A stretch of DNA of 63,621 nucleotides, the filler included, from Barthelona sp. PAP020 (taxonomy: Eukaryota): assembly GCA_040182905.1 (NCBI GenBank). It is 6 parts of 6 records of this genome, joined end to end, with 100 filler letters (N's around TTAATTAATTAA, not from the genome) between each part and the next. Parts side by side here need not be neighbours in the genome. Positions count along the whole stretch, not along the records: positions 21,350 to 31,885 come from JARQWU010000399.1; positions 31,986 to 42,508 come from JARQWU010000400.1; 4 more parts are not named here. The stretch is one strand, 5' to 3'. The notes beneath the pieces are model-generated. The model saw nothing but the letters and a program-made list of their open reading frames with translations, was not told the DNA's origin and did not search any database. Both the position numbers and the translations under genes were made by a program. Positions within the stretch are counted from its first letter, which is position 1. Each line of letters starts with the position of its first letter. Positions 31,101 through 37,832 of the stretch are shown piece by piece.

Positions 31101-31724
31101 TATTTCATTACTATAAGATGTTTAAATAATATAGAAGTTGAATATATTCATTGGATATTTGTATGTTTAGTAAAAGGACTTCTTTTTGCTACGATTCTTT
31201 ATATTTTCAACAAAAATAATGCTGTTTGGTTTCAATTCATCTATTTATTAATCGGGGTCATTCCTTTAGCAATATATTGTAACTTTACTTCACATCAATA
31301 TGCTTTTCCATTTCTATTTACTTCAACTTTCATTGTTTATGTAAGAAAAGATGAACTAAAACAAGATTCTAATCATAAATTTTGGAATTGGTTATATCAT
31401 TGGTTTCCTGTAGGTAGTATTTTATATCAATATCAAGCTATTGCTAAAATTATCATGTTTGCAATTTATGATGAAAAAGAATTACTTTCTTTTGAAAATA
31501 TTGGCCTTTTTTCTTTAATTTTTGATTTTGTTGTTTTGATCTTTGTTCGAATATCTTGCTTTTTTGGACAAAATAAAACTTCTTGTTTATTTGGTAATCT
31601 TTTATGTGTACTTTATTATTTTTATCAAATAACTTTCTATTATGAATTGTTTTTACCAAAATCAATTTTGATCATCCCTACAATTATTCTTTTGTTTTCT
31701 TTAAGGTTTTTTTTTAAAGAATAA
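22170..31724 (+). CDS. Giant RING-kinase-RING-pseudokinase-ankyrin-polytopic membrane protein (3184 aa)
   Basis: C3HC4 RINGs at aa14-52 and aa415-448. TKL-like kinase aa~90-355 (GRGSFG, YAYK, HSD..N, DFG, APE, DVFSFG). Second kinase fold aa~480-725 (HRWLKPEN, DGM). Ankyrin repeats such as GNTMLHLAIKNKNIDQAHLLRQLGANPNIANKNGDT. Hydrophobic region from about nt 27020 to the end. Confidence 0.9.
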   Translation: MSHFDLNNFKTHICGLCQNLPVQPKTLPCGHTFCRDCLSRYLAMNSTACPTCGREYGSSIQSVDSLSCDPEVAKAIAQYSNINVISLDEIQPQQEIGRGSFGIVYRALYNNEIYAYKQISDITRQTHNTFFDEVFVQYHLNHKNVVKCYGLVEQNIQNDRKFIGIMFECAAMDLSHFLLSSFQLLSTAQKLQLILDIAKGIEYVHGFDIAHSDISDSNVVVFPEFDQAGNFIEVHGKLTDFGLAHARTSEISGRGSTLKALTPYCAPERYFLNHYDRKHCDVFSFGVLANQIMTGQIPFANMNIIQIQEAFRSSIRPLQAPDAPDGLNWVISMCWSLMPYERPTMSSVVTRLEHIVKAFRETHVLPSFEFDFGDWHGDYAELAQLGGGMGATSSNMFDHITGDARYRTIVSSSICKECSSLMQNSVSLICKHSFCEKCIAKLSVCSYCGGPKIVTPQTPKLVKDALEFVGRFESISMDAITDLVPLNRGGSLFELFECTYAGEKYVFKQCRPEVRFPLMTEATLLLQLKHRNLATPVGLIFDDNSSGLLYPRYQHNLIEFLAQDWVKDMDKFYVFRELVITINHMHSLGVTHRWLKPENIFVNMEEGRLRVIVDGMFLSHARECVEVISPFTDPSILFKRKNKTIEVDYKQADIYSLAGILYYMFVNEYPVEIGKLTNTAYLKLLHFGKRPTIPADAHPLLHLLVEKMWAKTDRINLNDALALLEQETGLFMRLMMGLLTDLDDLPQRDQNGRSWIDYFITYGNLGMVKSRKSAKKVQQLIDGCVSGKTNILHLIAKFNRYDFVEFFVSRIQQANISVNLTDENGNLPVALGFIHNNVETVDVMLAYDASPISVDGSKSPLQYAIANDILFDTIIDLSEMYDWEQLLVEIAEGCHYAYDNLWLDRLIERGLVDMNHILEISVRKGCLQVLNQWLKEEESKKIVMKFLQEFEFDYDKFRILSYTQMNQLFEVLIDLRLKDLLQLILLSGIEGYARDLMDILSRLNSSIVEKLYFSIETWKCLFKASLDSNNYLEGISKLVLNKACVRAYLETILKNFWDLKQLYEETKLNLIFSYIICVSFELDCHNVFIELMSEEKEQEKNKKKFFSNFLYGFSLYVDTCVFIDSLDSISSIIVCLFENFNNAELNYIFGLYCCKMKLNTQRADFIVSSQLLYHCLNNELLMNEFGTFSEQTKRHLLLRLTHSLFGDSQTKNTLTLDFKPILFKYLINFPELITFKEENPIFMLIAEYNENENLPEEFIKQLFENIDFPIFHTDNSGQNILHICALYNKGKVLQYLKNFETNPKEWEKLLFIRDKGGLNVIDIIRVKDPLKEGDCEFMECLCYFIPEILNILISDEKENRWEFWGLNFFFNNLFLLKDNCEVLAKILESDRLTDLSLEIYTDTNSKRKVALGLNVWENIVVTLLKHLKLLNVTLTDNKIRLLIELDSLNGNVFKYQPLVYLAKNDSVDEIKMLVNNTYFQADNPLITDDENAQIILRSALDNCSIKAFLFISSLCPHIARQFFSEALKLAVDNSHYTLFLQTMIHEKVFLVDDIVDDQGNTMLHLAIKNKNIDQAHLLRQLGANPNIANKNGDTCVDLAVENNYGELMSVMANSFSTTIVVGLFMILFVLPYYLHFPMPLVILGLQSLLLTVLGFIYVKLLGYKQTLGNQLLILIKTATFIFSLSLYCWYSIERDNLLDVNTLKWCIGTNHLLALVFTLTEIPSIKGFLTRKQYVNFFSCLILPFLQVSSSFFTGEKRFLFNTDLTSANSILNTLLPKFWLIIPPLTLIGQYGAIYQNISFFMLTSVIKATRNENYVFLNSESDGQVFLLIFLSIWLIYSLLSVPNPFCSARFPLPTTFLTTIVGIIMFANYDLYGVGSFVIAISLTNFKTHGISNLLDEIIFVIIQTIVAYICFNQNAAFERMLNLLALQSIFISPRDWPTCLLITLSIAIPQHIKVYNSYIIIFLVMMIVLTYINGQFKFLKKNPSRNYLLDPTSFDECYQYKFNLSSLSVLLSSIMACFALLYQLSIENAFYFNITNFSRFSIDLLIILPLIILGIHLGGYLGFIIVPLTYISLKIFDVSIFGIVLNVLIFYIFLWNLEDSEQINDNDVDEKSIGQGKTKNLLLFTLSCTAFNLFLFFEIKTPSKDYLITSFGCLFLYILNFFINTYLKVPLKYLLNCTFFGVLEFICVIASENNPYLLYLVVINSCCLWIFNNFYLMVNDRTKDYFSFIHSFIALMISCYTYVYYDFYTFICTLTGISLSLILLQLKNRSEKFSGLSIFVGSQIFQILFILGIGPPLHGVLIRPNNIILFLGIFVLIFCHFAIQTDWKIIVNISLFVLIACSFVLHLFLAFVSNDLVIRFYGFVNYLIQPFFIIILFNSVIFARAILFLPLFFVNVWRLQDFSSIIFLISFFIINAVIIPNFLVYKKILSMFQPTITYILLLLTFFRITITPLAFTELLYDRSIFVLSCPLIIISTIQFFFDIKKFELKMLYIIIESLTKICILTFLLSFSSPSYIVGLGVLAMVTDSKSILYHCLFISFIIKTTMNSSLVDVDNSWWWIFIIVTLIVLLVCRTSIFPIVSSIDHVMKEILGNKEKKEDINSVNFILLGIASLIFIPLMICILTKSNMYIAYSYASVHVFIGIYVLKHHCAFNFVDKSSYVIFLSIYLVIGSITYLLLMLISSSDEDRMICSAGFIIGMTFINGFNLLDNYWLTISFYSINLLSAMITLANGNVMNFQTIPILIICLISVIKIERCFYDREEKNDINKETLHEYFEELFKKSKIFSFTDITVKFNHFNLKFEEYFNDWLQYGFIQGFICCLSSILPLTLLSLSQVSSSSSNQLFKAICSTIIIGFYGLIYGPITFIFSFGFSIFTLFISFHNHYFLLLSIFCVSFSLFTPFILPNLFTGLMTIILCFVLETNENYLRYIYFSVVFVYMIVLIFVIVVNTKKLRKDDALTVLPILFTVIFCIFDYFITIRCLNNIEVEYIHWIFVCLVKGLLFATILYIFNKNNAVWFQFIYLLIGVIPLAIYCNFTSHQYAFPFLFTSTFIVYVRKDELKQDSNHKFWNWLYHWFPVGSILYQYQAIAKIIMFAIYDEKELLSFENIGLFSLIFDFVVLIFVRISCFFGQNKTSCLFGNLLCVLYYFYQITFYYELFLPKSILIIPTIILLFSLRFFFKE

Positions 31725-31885
31725 TATTGTTCTTTAAAGAATACATTTTATTTGTAAATATTTCTATTTTTATTTTTGCCGGCAATTTTGTGTGTTGTGT
31801 TTTCTTTTTTCTTTTTTTTTTCATTCTATACATATGTTCATAAAAATTATTGTCTTTTGATTAAAATCTTTGATTCTTTGTTTTA

Positions 31886-31985
31886 NNNNNNNNNNNNNNN
31901 NNNNNNNNNNNNNNNNNNNNNNNNNNNNNTTAATTAATTAANNNNNNNNNNNNNNNNNNNNNNNNNNNNNNNNNNNNNNNNNNNN
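31886..31985. other. Artificial contig-joining linker
   Basis: N44-TTAATTAATTAA-N44. Confidence 0.97.
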
Positions 31986-32253
31986 AGTCATTTTAGTGAA
32001 TTTTGGAAAAACTCAGGGTGTGAGATTCAGACTGAAAGTACATTGTGTGACTCCAGGTTGTATCTTTGGAAAGAACTTCTGACCCTGCTTTTTTGTATTT
32101 TTGCAAAAAGCAAAATTTTAAAGTTTAAACCTTATCTTAAAAAATCTAAAGTTTTCAACAGATCAATCGGGCCTTGAAAACCCTTAATCAAATAAACACT
32201 GTTCTTTTTTATTCACTCATACACAAGTGCTTCTTGGCCTGGAAATAATTTTG
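31986..32253 (+). repeat. Dispersed repeat family, copy B (truncated by contig start)
   Basis: AGTCATTTTAGTGAATTT.GGAAAAA..CAGGGTGTGAGAT.CAGACTGAAAGTACATTGTGTGA.TCCAGGTTGT is shared nearly base for base with 42726-42810; the downstream TCAACAGATCAATCG and ATTCACTCATAC motifs are also shared. Confidence 0.9.
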
Positions 32254-32404
32254 ATTCTTCTGTAACTAAAATAGATAACTTAAAGATTAAGCCTGGAAAC
32301 CAAAGACACCATTCCTTCTTATTTATTCACATTGTTAGGACTTTTTGGGCGGGAAATAAAGTGAAAAAATAAAATAGGTACATTTACAGCAAACAAAACA
32401 AACT

Positions 32405-35400
32405 TTAACAACAACAACAACAGGAACAATTGCAACACAGAGAACTATTCAAAATGTGAACCACTTCTGCACAATTATTTTTAATGGCAATATCAGAAGG
32501 AGTCAACCCCATTTTATTCACAGCAAATTTATCCCAAATATCAAGAACCAATAAATGATTAATTATTTCAACTGACTGTTCAATGTGTGAACAAGCATTT
32601 AAACAAGCTAAATGAAAAGGATTGTTCCCAAAATTATCTATAAAAGTATGTTGAGAATCAACATCAAGTTGTGAAGAAGAAAACTCCAAAATAACCTTTA
32701 AATCACCTTTTAAACAAGCACTCATAAATGCATTGCGTCCATATTCGTCAACAAACGATATATTTCTTTTAGGTACAATAACACCTGTATGAGAACGATT
32801 AAAATGAGATTGTATCAATTTATATTCATCTCTTGTTACAACAAGTCCATCATTAATTAATTCCAAAACAAATTGACTATTAATTGGAAGAATTATTTGC
32901 AAAATTTTGTTTAAAATATTTCCTTGCTTTTCAATGGAAAGTTTTATGAGTTCACTTTTAAAATATTCAAAATTTTCAATAAATTTTTGATAAAATAATG
33001 AAATATCATGTGAAAAATCAATTATCGAAAAACCAAAAGGAGTTTTTCCGTTTCCAAGAATAACACCATGGTTTGGTTGTGTACAGACACTAAAAATATG
33101 ATGATTAGATGTTTCTTTTGTTTGAATCAATTCATTGTTAACTAAACTCCAAATTTTAATCACTCCATTGAAATCAACACTAATAACACGATCAGTATTA
33201 TCTAAAAACGATAGGGCATATACCCAATCAGAGTGTGTACCCAATATTGTGGATTCTTTGGTTATTTCATTATTTATAACATGTTCAGATTCATTAAATG
33301 TCCATAGTCTTACAGTTTTATCATCACCACAACTGATAACAATATTTTTGTCCATTATAACCCCTCTAACCGCACCTTCATGACCAGAAAATGTTTTTAC
33401 AATTCCTAAATCATTTGGATTTATGATATTGACAATGCCATCATCACCAGCACTGATTAAATACTTTCTATCATTGGAAAATCTCAAACAATTTACTTCT
33501 GTTCGATGTATAGATGCCATATTAATGGGACTATCATCAAGTTGATTATAATTTTCATTTAAACTATCAGTTTGATTAATTATTTCTATTTTCCAAGCAT
33601 AAATAATCCCTGATTGATCTGCAGCATAAAATCTTTTCAAATTTTCTCCAATTGCCACTCCATAAACAGGTCTTTCCAATGTATATCGTTTGATAACCGT
33701 CCAATCATTTTCAATATCATATAAAACAATAGAACAATCTGAAGAACAAGAAATAAACCTATTCTTCATGAATTTTAAATCGTATATTGTTGAAGAATGA
33801 TCATGAAGATGAATAATCAAACTTTTGGTTTTAATATCAAAAATACTGATAGAACCATCAAAAGAACCTATGGCAAACATCGTATTTGAACTTTCAATAA
33901 TTGAAATAGTGGTTGAATAATTATAAAAATTTATATCTGAATTCAATGTGCTATTAAATTTTAGAGGTGTTTCAAGTGTTAAAAGTTGAGCAAACATGTT
34001 GAAATTTTTGGTCAATAGACAATATTCGGTTAAACCATCAATATTCAAACCTTTATCTTTCAAAAATTGTAAAAATAAAAATTTTCCATAATCAATACAT
34101 AGTTTAGCTAATTCCTTTGATTTTAATAATATATTCTTTTCTTCAGAACTAGTTTTTGAGAATAAATCAATCAAATCGATTTCACTAATATCAAAAATAT
34201 TAAAATCTACAATAATTCTTTTGAATTCTATCTCGTTAAGTATTTTTACACTTTTTGCTAGTAATTCAAATGGATTATTTTTCTTCATATCCTGAATTTG
34301 TTTTACATTGCTTTGTATTGCACTTTTAATCAACAAATCTTTGTCAATACTTGATATATCAATATTATCAACGCCACTTTTTAATGGAAGTTCAGCAGAA
34401 AACACTTTTCGATGTTCAAATCCTACTTTTTGAATATTTGGCAAATTCATACTTCCAAAGTTAACAGTATCTGCTAGTTTTGCTAGATCAAAGGATTTCA
34501 ATTCGTCTATATTCCCAGATTTATTTAAATTTCGAAGAATTGTCGATTCAAATACTTCTTCGTCACTGTCGTTGTCATTGTCATCATCATCATTATCAAT
34601 ATTGTTATTTTCAGTTTCAGTTTCGTTTAGCAATTTCTCGTCTTCACTAAAATTAATATTTTCAACTGTTTTCTTTTGTTCTTCTGATAACAAAAGCTCA
34701 GATTTGACACTATTATCATCAAGTGGCTCTTCAAAAGCATCATTGAAAATGGTATCAATTTCTTTACTCTTTTCAACTTCATTTTCTAAAAAACACATGT
34801 TTAAATCATTGAAATTGTCGGAATTAAGCTCATAAGTGGTGTCTTCAGTTGAAATACTGTCCATAGCTGATGAATTTCGTTTTAAATTAGAATTATGACT
34901 CATTTTCGATTTTGATATGGTACAACTTAATGAAAGATCAATCATTCCTTCACCAGAATAAGAATATACAGAAGAAGCTCTTTTTGTCATTTCTTCATCT
35001 ATACTAACAGGTATCTTAGATTCAACATAATCTGATTCTTTCAGATTTGCAATCATTATTGTGTTCTTTTGAATATTTGTCAATAATCTTTCCAAAAAAA
35101 TTGATATTTCACCCATCAACGGTCTATTTTCAGGTATCATATCAAAACATTTTAACAATAATTCAGAACCAGGAATACATTCAATTTCTTTTATATCAAA
35201 AGGTGGTTGTCCTTTTGATAATTTTAGTATTATATGAACATCATCTAATCCAGGAAATGGTTCTAATCCAGTCATTACATGAAAATAGGTGGCTCCAAAC
35301 CCCCATGAATCAATTGCTGGACTAGGTGATTCTGGTATTTCTTGAACAAGTTCAGGTGCAGAATAAGAAACTGAACCAATCACTGAATTTCTTCCCAAAC

Positions 35401-36502
35401 GATCAGAAGCTCTTGATAAACCAAAATCAGCCAAAACTGCTGAACCTTCATTTGTTAAAAGAATATTACGTGGAGTAACATCGCGATGTATAACTCCATT
35501 AGTATGACAATAATCTAATGCAACAGCTACTTGCATCAAAATCTTCAAACGATTCACAACATTTAATTTTGTGATTTCATTTTCTAATGATGTTCTATAC
35601 AATTCCATAACAATACCCCAATCACCTGCATTATTCTGGGTCATCCCATATATTCGACATATAAATGGAGTTTGATATTGAATTGTAAAACACTCTTTTC
35701 TTACATCTTCCATGGATGATCGATAAAGAAATTTTATTGCAACATCTCGATCCCAATATCTTCCTTTAATAATGAATCCATATCCACCTCTTTGAAATGA
35801 CTGTCCCTCAACTTTAAGACTATCATATGGAATAATGTCAACATTAAAATTTCGTTGTTGACATTCTTTATGAAGAATTAATCGAACAAGGTTTTCATAC
35901 TCAGAATGTCTTTGTTGAGCTTGATCAATTAATAATCGTTGCATATCTACATTTTGTTGCCGTAAAATTCTCATCTGAAGATCAAGATGTGCTACATGTT
36001 CATCAATACGTTTGTTTATAATGTTTGGTAATCGTGTAATACTATATGAAGCTAACATCACCTGTAATGCATCAGAACAACGATCTATTTGTGCATGCAA
36101 TTTTTTTAAATCTCTTAGATTTCCTTCACTTAAAATAATTTGCATTATAAAATTTCTGTCATTGAATTGTTCAATTTTTTCATTGGAACGTTCACAAATT
36201 GAATAAAATGTATTTAAACACGAAACAAACTCTCTTTGATAAATGATATCTGAATTTGAACTTATTAATCTTTCAAAATTTTCAACCAACCAAATAATTC
36301 TTGCAAATAATAATGAACTTTCTTCTTTTGCAATATTTAACGATATTAAAGAGGTTGCCATTTTACAAACAACACTCACAACCGGAATATCCAATTTTGC
36401 AACATGTTCAAATATATCTTGGAATGGTAATGTTTTAACGGTTGTAATAAATTCACTGCTATTTTCTAATGCTAAATGAATCAAATCAGATTCAACATTC
36501 AT
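32405..36502 (-). CDS. MLKL-like four-helix bundle, protein kinase, WD40, ankyrin and poly-Cys tail protein (1365 aa)
   Basis: First ATG at 36502 (the ORF track starts at TTG 36508). Helical N-domain; kinase with VAIK, HRD..PRN, DFG and APE; WD40 repeats (GHEGAVRGV...SCGDDKTVRLW; HSDWVYAL); ankyrin repeats (YGRNAFMSAC, FGNNPFHLAC, MGLTPSDIA); ends CCNCSCCCCC. Confidence 0.88.
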   Translation of the reverse strand: MNVESDLIHLALENSSEFITTVKTLPFQDIFEHVAKLDIPVVSVVCKMATSLISLNIAKEESSLLFARIIWLVENFERLISSNSDIIYQREFVSCLNTFYSICERSNEKIEQFNDRNFIMQIILSEGNLRDLKKLHAQIDRCSDALQVMLASYSITRLPNIINKRIDEHVAHLDLQMRILRQQNVDMQRLLIDQAQQRHSEYENLVRLILHKECQQRNFNVDIIPYDSLKVEGQSFQRGGYGFIIKGRYWDRDVAIKFLYRSSMEDVRKECFTIQYQTPFICRIYGMTQNNAGDWGIVMELYRTSLENEITKLNVVNRLKILMQVAVALDYCHTNGVIHRDVTPRNILLTNEGSAVLADFGLSRASDRLGRNSVIGSVSYSAPELVQEIPESPSPAIDSWGFGATYFHVMTGLEPFPGLDDVHIILKLSKGQPPFDIKEIECIPGSELLLKCFDMIPENRPLMGEISIFLERLLTNIQKNTIMIANLKESDYVESKIPVSIDEEMTKRASSVYSYSGEGMIDLSLSCTISKSKMSHNSNLKRNSSAMDSISTEDTTYELNSDNFNDLNMCFLENEVEKSKEIDTIFNDAFEEPLDDNSVKSELLLSEEQKKTVENINFSEDEKLLNETETENNNIDNDDDDNDNDSDEEVFESTILRNLNKSGNIDELKSFDLAKLADTVNFGSMNLPNIQKVGFEHRKVFSAELPLKSGVDNIDISSIDKDLLIKSAIQSNVKQIQDMKKNNPFELLAKSVKILNEIEFKRIIVDFNIFDISEIDLIDLFSKTSSEEKNILLKSKELAKLCIDYGKFLFLQFLKDKGLNIDGLTEYCLLTKNFNMFAQLLTLETPLKFNSTLNSDINFYNYSTTISIIESSNTMFAIGSFDGSISIFDIKTKSLIIHLHDHSSTIYDLKFMKNRFISCSSDCSIVLYDIENDWTVIKRYTLERPVYGVAIGENLKRFYAADQSGIIYAWKIEIINQTDSLNENYNQLDDSPINMASIHRTEVNCLRFSNDRKYLISAGDDGIVNIINPNDLGIVKTFSGHEGAVRGVIMDKNIVISCGDDKTVRLWTFNESEHVINNEITKESTILGTHSDWVYALSFLDNTDRVISVDFNGVIKIWSLVNNELIQTKETSNHHIFSVCTQPNHGVILGNGKTPFGFSIIDFSHDISLFYQKFIENFEYFKSELIKLSIEKQGNILNKILQIILPINSQFVLELINDGLVVTRDEYKLIQSHFNRSHTGVIVPKRNISFVDEYGRNAFMSACLKGDLKVILEFSSSQLDVDSQHTFIDNFGNNPFHLACLNACSHIEQSVEIINHLLVLDIWDKFAVNKMGLTPSDIAIKNNCAEVVHILNSSLCCNCSCCCCC

Positions 36503-36657
36503 GTTCAATCGAAAAAATCAAAAATTATTTCAAACAAAAATAACCACAATTCATTTATTTATTTCCCCAAGAAAAGAAATCATTTGTATTTAAATATTTT
36601 ATGAAAGGACATTAATGGAACAAAAAAAAACTTCAAACAATACTAGCCCTGCTTCAA

Positions 36658-37590
36658 TCAATTGTCTCTTTTGATTCTTTGAATTGGTAAAGAAGGATGT
36701 TGTGAAGTTCCAGAATCTAATAGCCATCTTCCCGTCCAATTAACGGTTCCAATTTTACCAGTGTTGTTTTCAATGCATAAATCTTGATTATTCTTTTTAT
36801 TAGTGGAAGAAGGATGAATTCTACGTTTTTTTTGTGTAATTATTGTTCGTTGACTCACGTTTTTGACACTTTGAGAGCGGTTTATACCAATATTTCTTTT
36901 CTTTGGTGCATTTGTAAATTGTAAGGCAGGTATTGGTTCCATAGTTCCAATTCCTGCTCCTACTTGAGGTATATTTGATGAAATTCCAGAAAAGATTGAA
37001 AAAGGTGCCCAATGAGCAGGTAAATTTAGGTTCACAATTGTTGTGTTTGGAAGAGAAACAACTAAACCTGAGGAATCCAATTCAAGATTGAGCCAAATCT
37101 TTTTCAAATCATAATAGATGGTTCTGTAATCTTGACTGGTGACAGATAATCTGTAATCCAAGAGTGTCAACATTATCATCTCCAATTGATTCATTTCTGC
37201 TAATGTAATTGCAGAATCTGCAACGAGAGAAAAGGAATAAGAAGAACATGAAATATCATCACAAAATTTTGAGGCCAAAACAATACACATGAAAGTTAAA
37301 CGTTGCCAATTCCAAATTGTCACTTTTAATCCAACTCGTGTAATAATTTTATGCATGTAAAGCAGAGCTGCTAATAAACATTCTGGTTCTACTTGTGCCC
37401 GACGAAATATCCCATAAATGAATTTATAAATTGTCAAATATGAAGGACAATCTGACTGTATTTCTTTTCTGTCCAATCCTTGTAGTGGATCTGCTGTAGA
37501 CTTTAACCGTGAAGAAGAATTGGAATGTTGAATGAGACCATAAATAACTCCTGACATTCCCTTCACTGTATTATTAAACTGCATTGTCAT
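36658..37590 (-). CDS. Cyclin Y-like cyclin
   Basis: IYKFIYGIFRRAQVEPECLLAALLYM...NWQRL...LASKFCDD...EMNQLE..ML.LLDYRLSV....Y...YYDL matches the cyclin Y-type cyclin box. Confidence 0.85.
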   Translation of the reverse strand: MTMQFNNTVKGMSGVIYGLIQHSNSSSRLKSTADPLQGLDRKEIQSDCPSYLTIYKFIYGIFRRAQVEPECLLAALLYMHKIITRVGLKVTIWNWQRLTFMCIVLASKFCDDISCSSYSFSLVADSAITLAEMNQLEMIMLTLLDYRLSVTSQDYRTIYYDLKKIWLNLELDSSGLVVSLPNTTIVNLNLPAHWAPFSIFSGISSNIPQVGAGIGTMEPIPALQFTNAPKKRNIGINRSQSVKNVSQRTIITQKKRRIHPSSTNKKNNQDLCIENNTGKIGTVNWTGRWLLDSGTSQHPSLPIQRIKRDN

Positions 37591-37832
37591 ATAAAAGGTC
37601 TTTATCCTTTACGTTTGGAAATTACCATCTTTCCAAATGAAAAAGTAGTAATTATCTGAAAACAAAATTACTAACCATTTTTGATTTTTTTGATTTGTGA
37701 TGATATATTGATCAAACATGAATAAACAATTAATTATCAAAAACAAATCGAAACAGAAAATTTATAAATTTTGAAAACAAAAACTCATCATTCAAAAAAA
37801 TTGTTAGACTAAAATAATACACACTCAAATGA

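Noticed and set aside
32342..32357. E2F-like site (TTTCCCGCCC on the - strand), and the palindrome TTGCCGGCAA at 31776-31785
   Set aside because: Single occurrences, both 3' of genes, with no supporting context.
22170..36502. The two kinase-ankyrin giants as a convergent, physically linked immune gene pair
   Set aside because: A linker at 31886-31985 separates them. They are on different contigs placed together only by length sorting.
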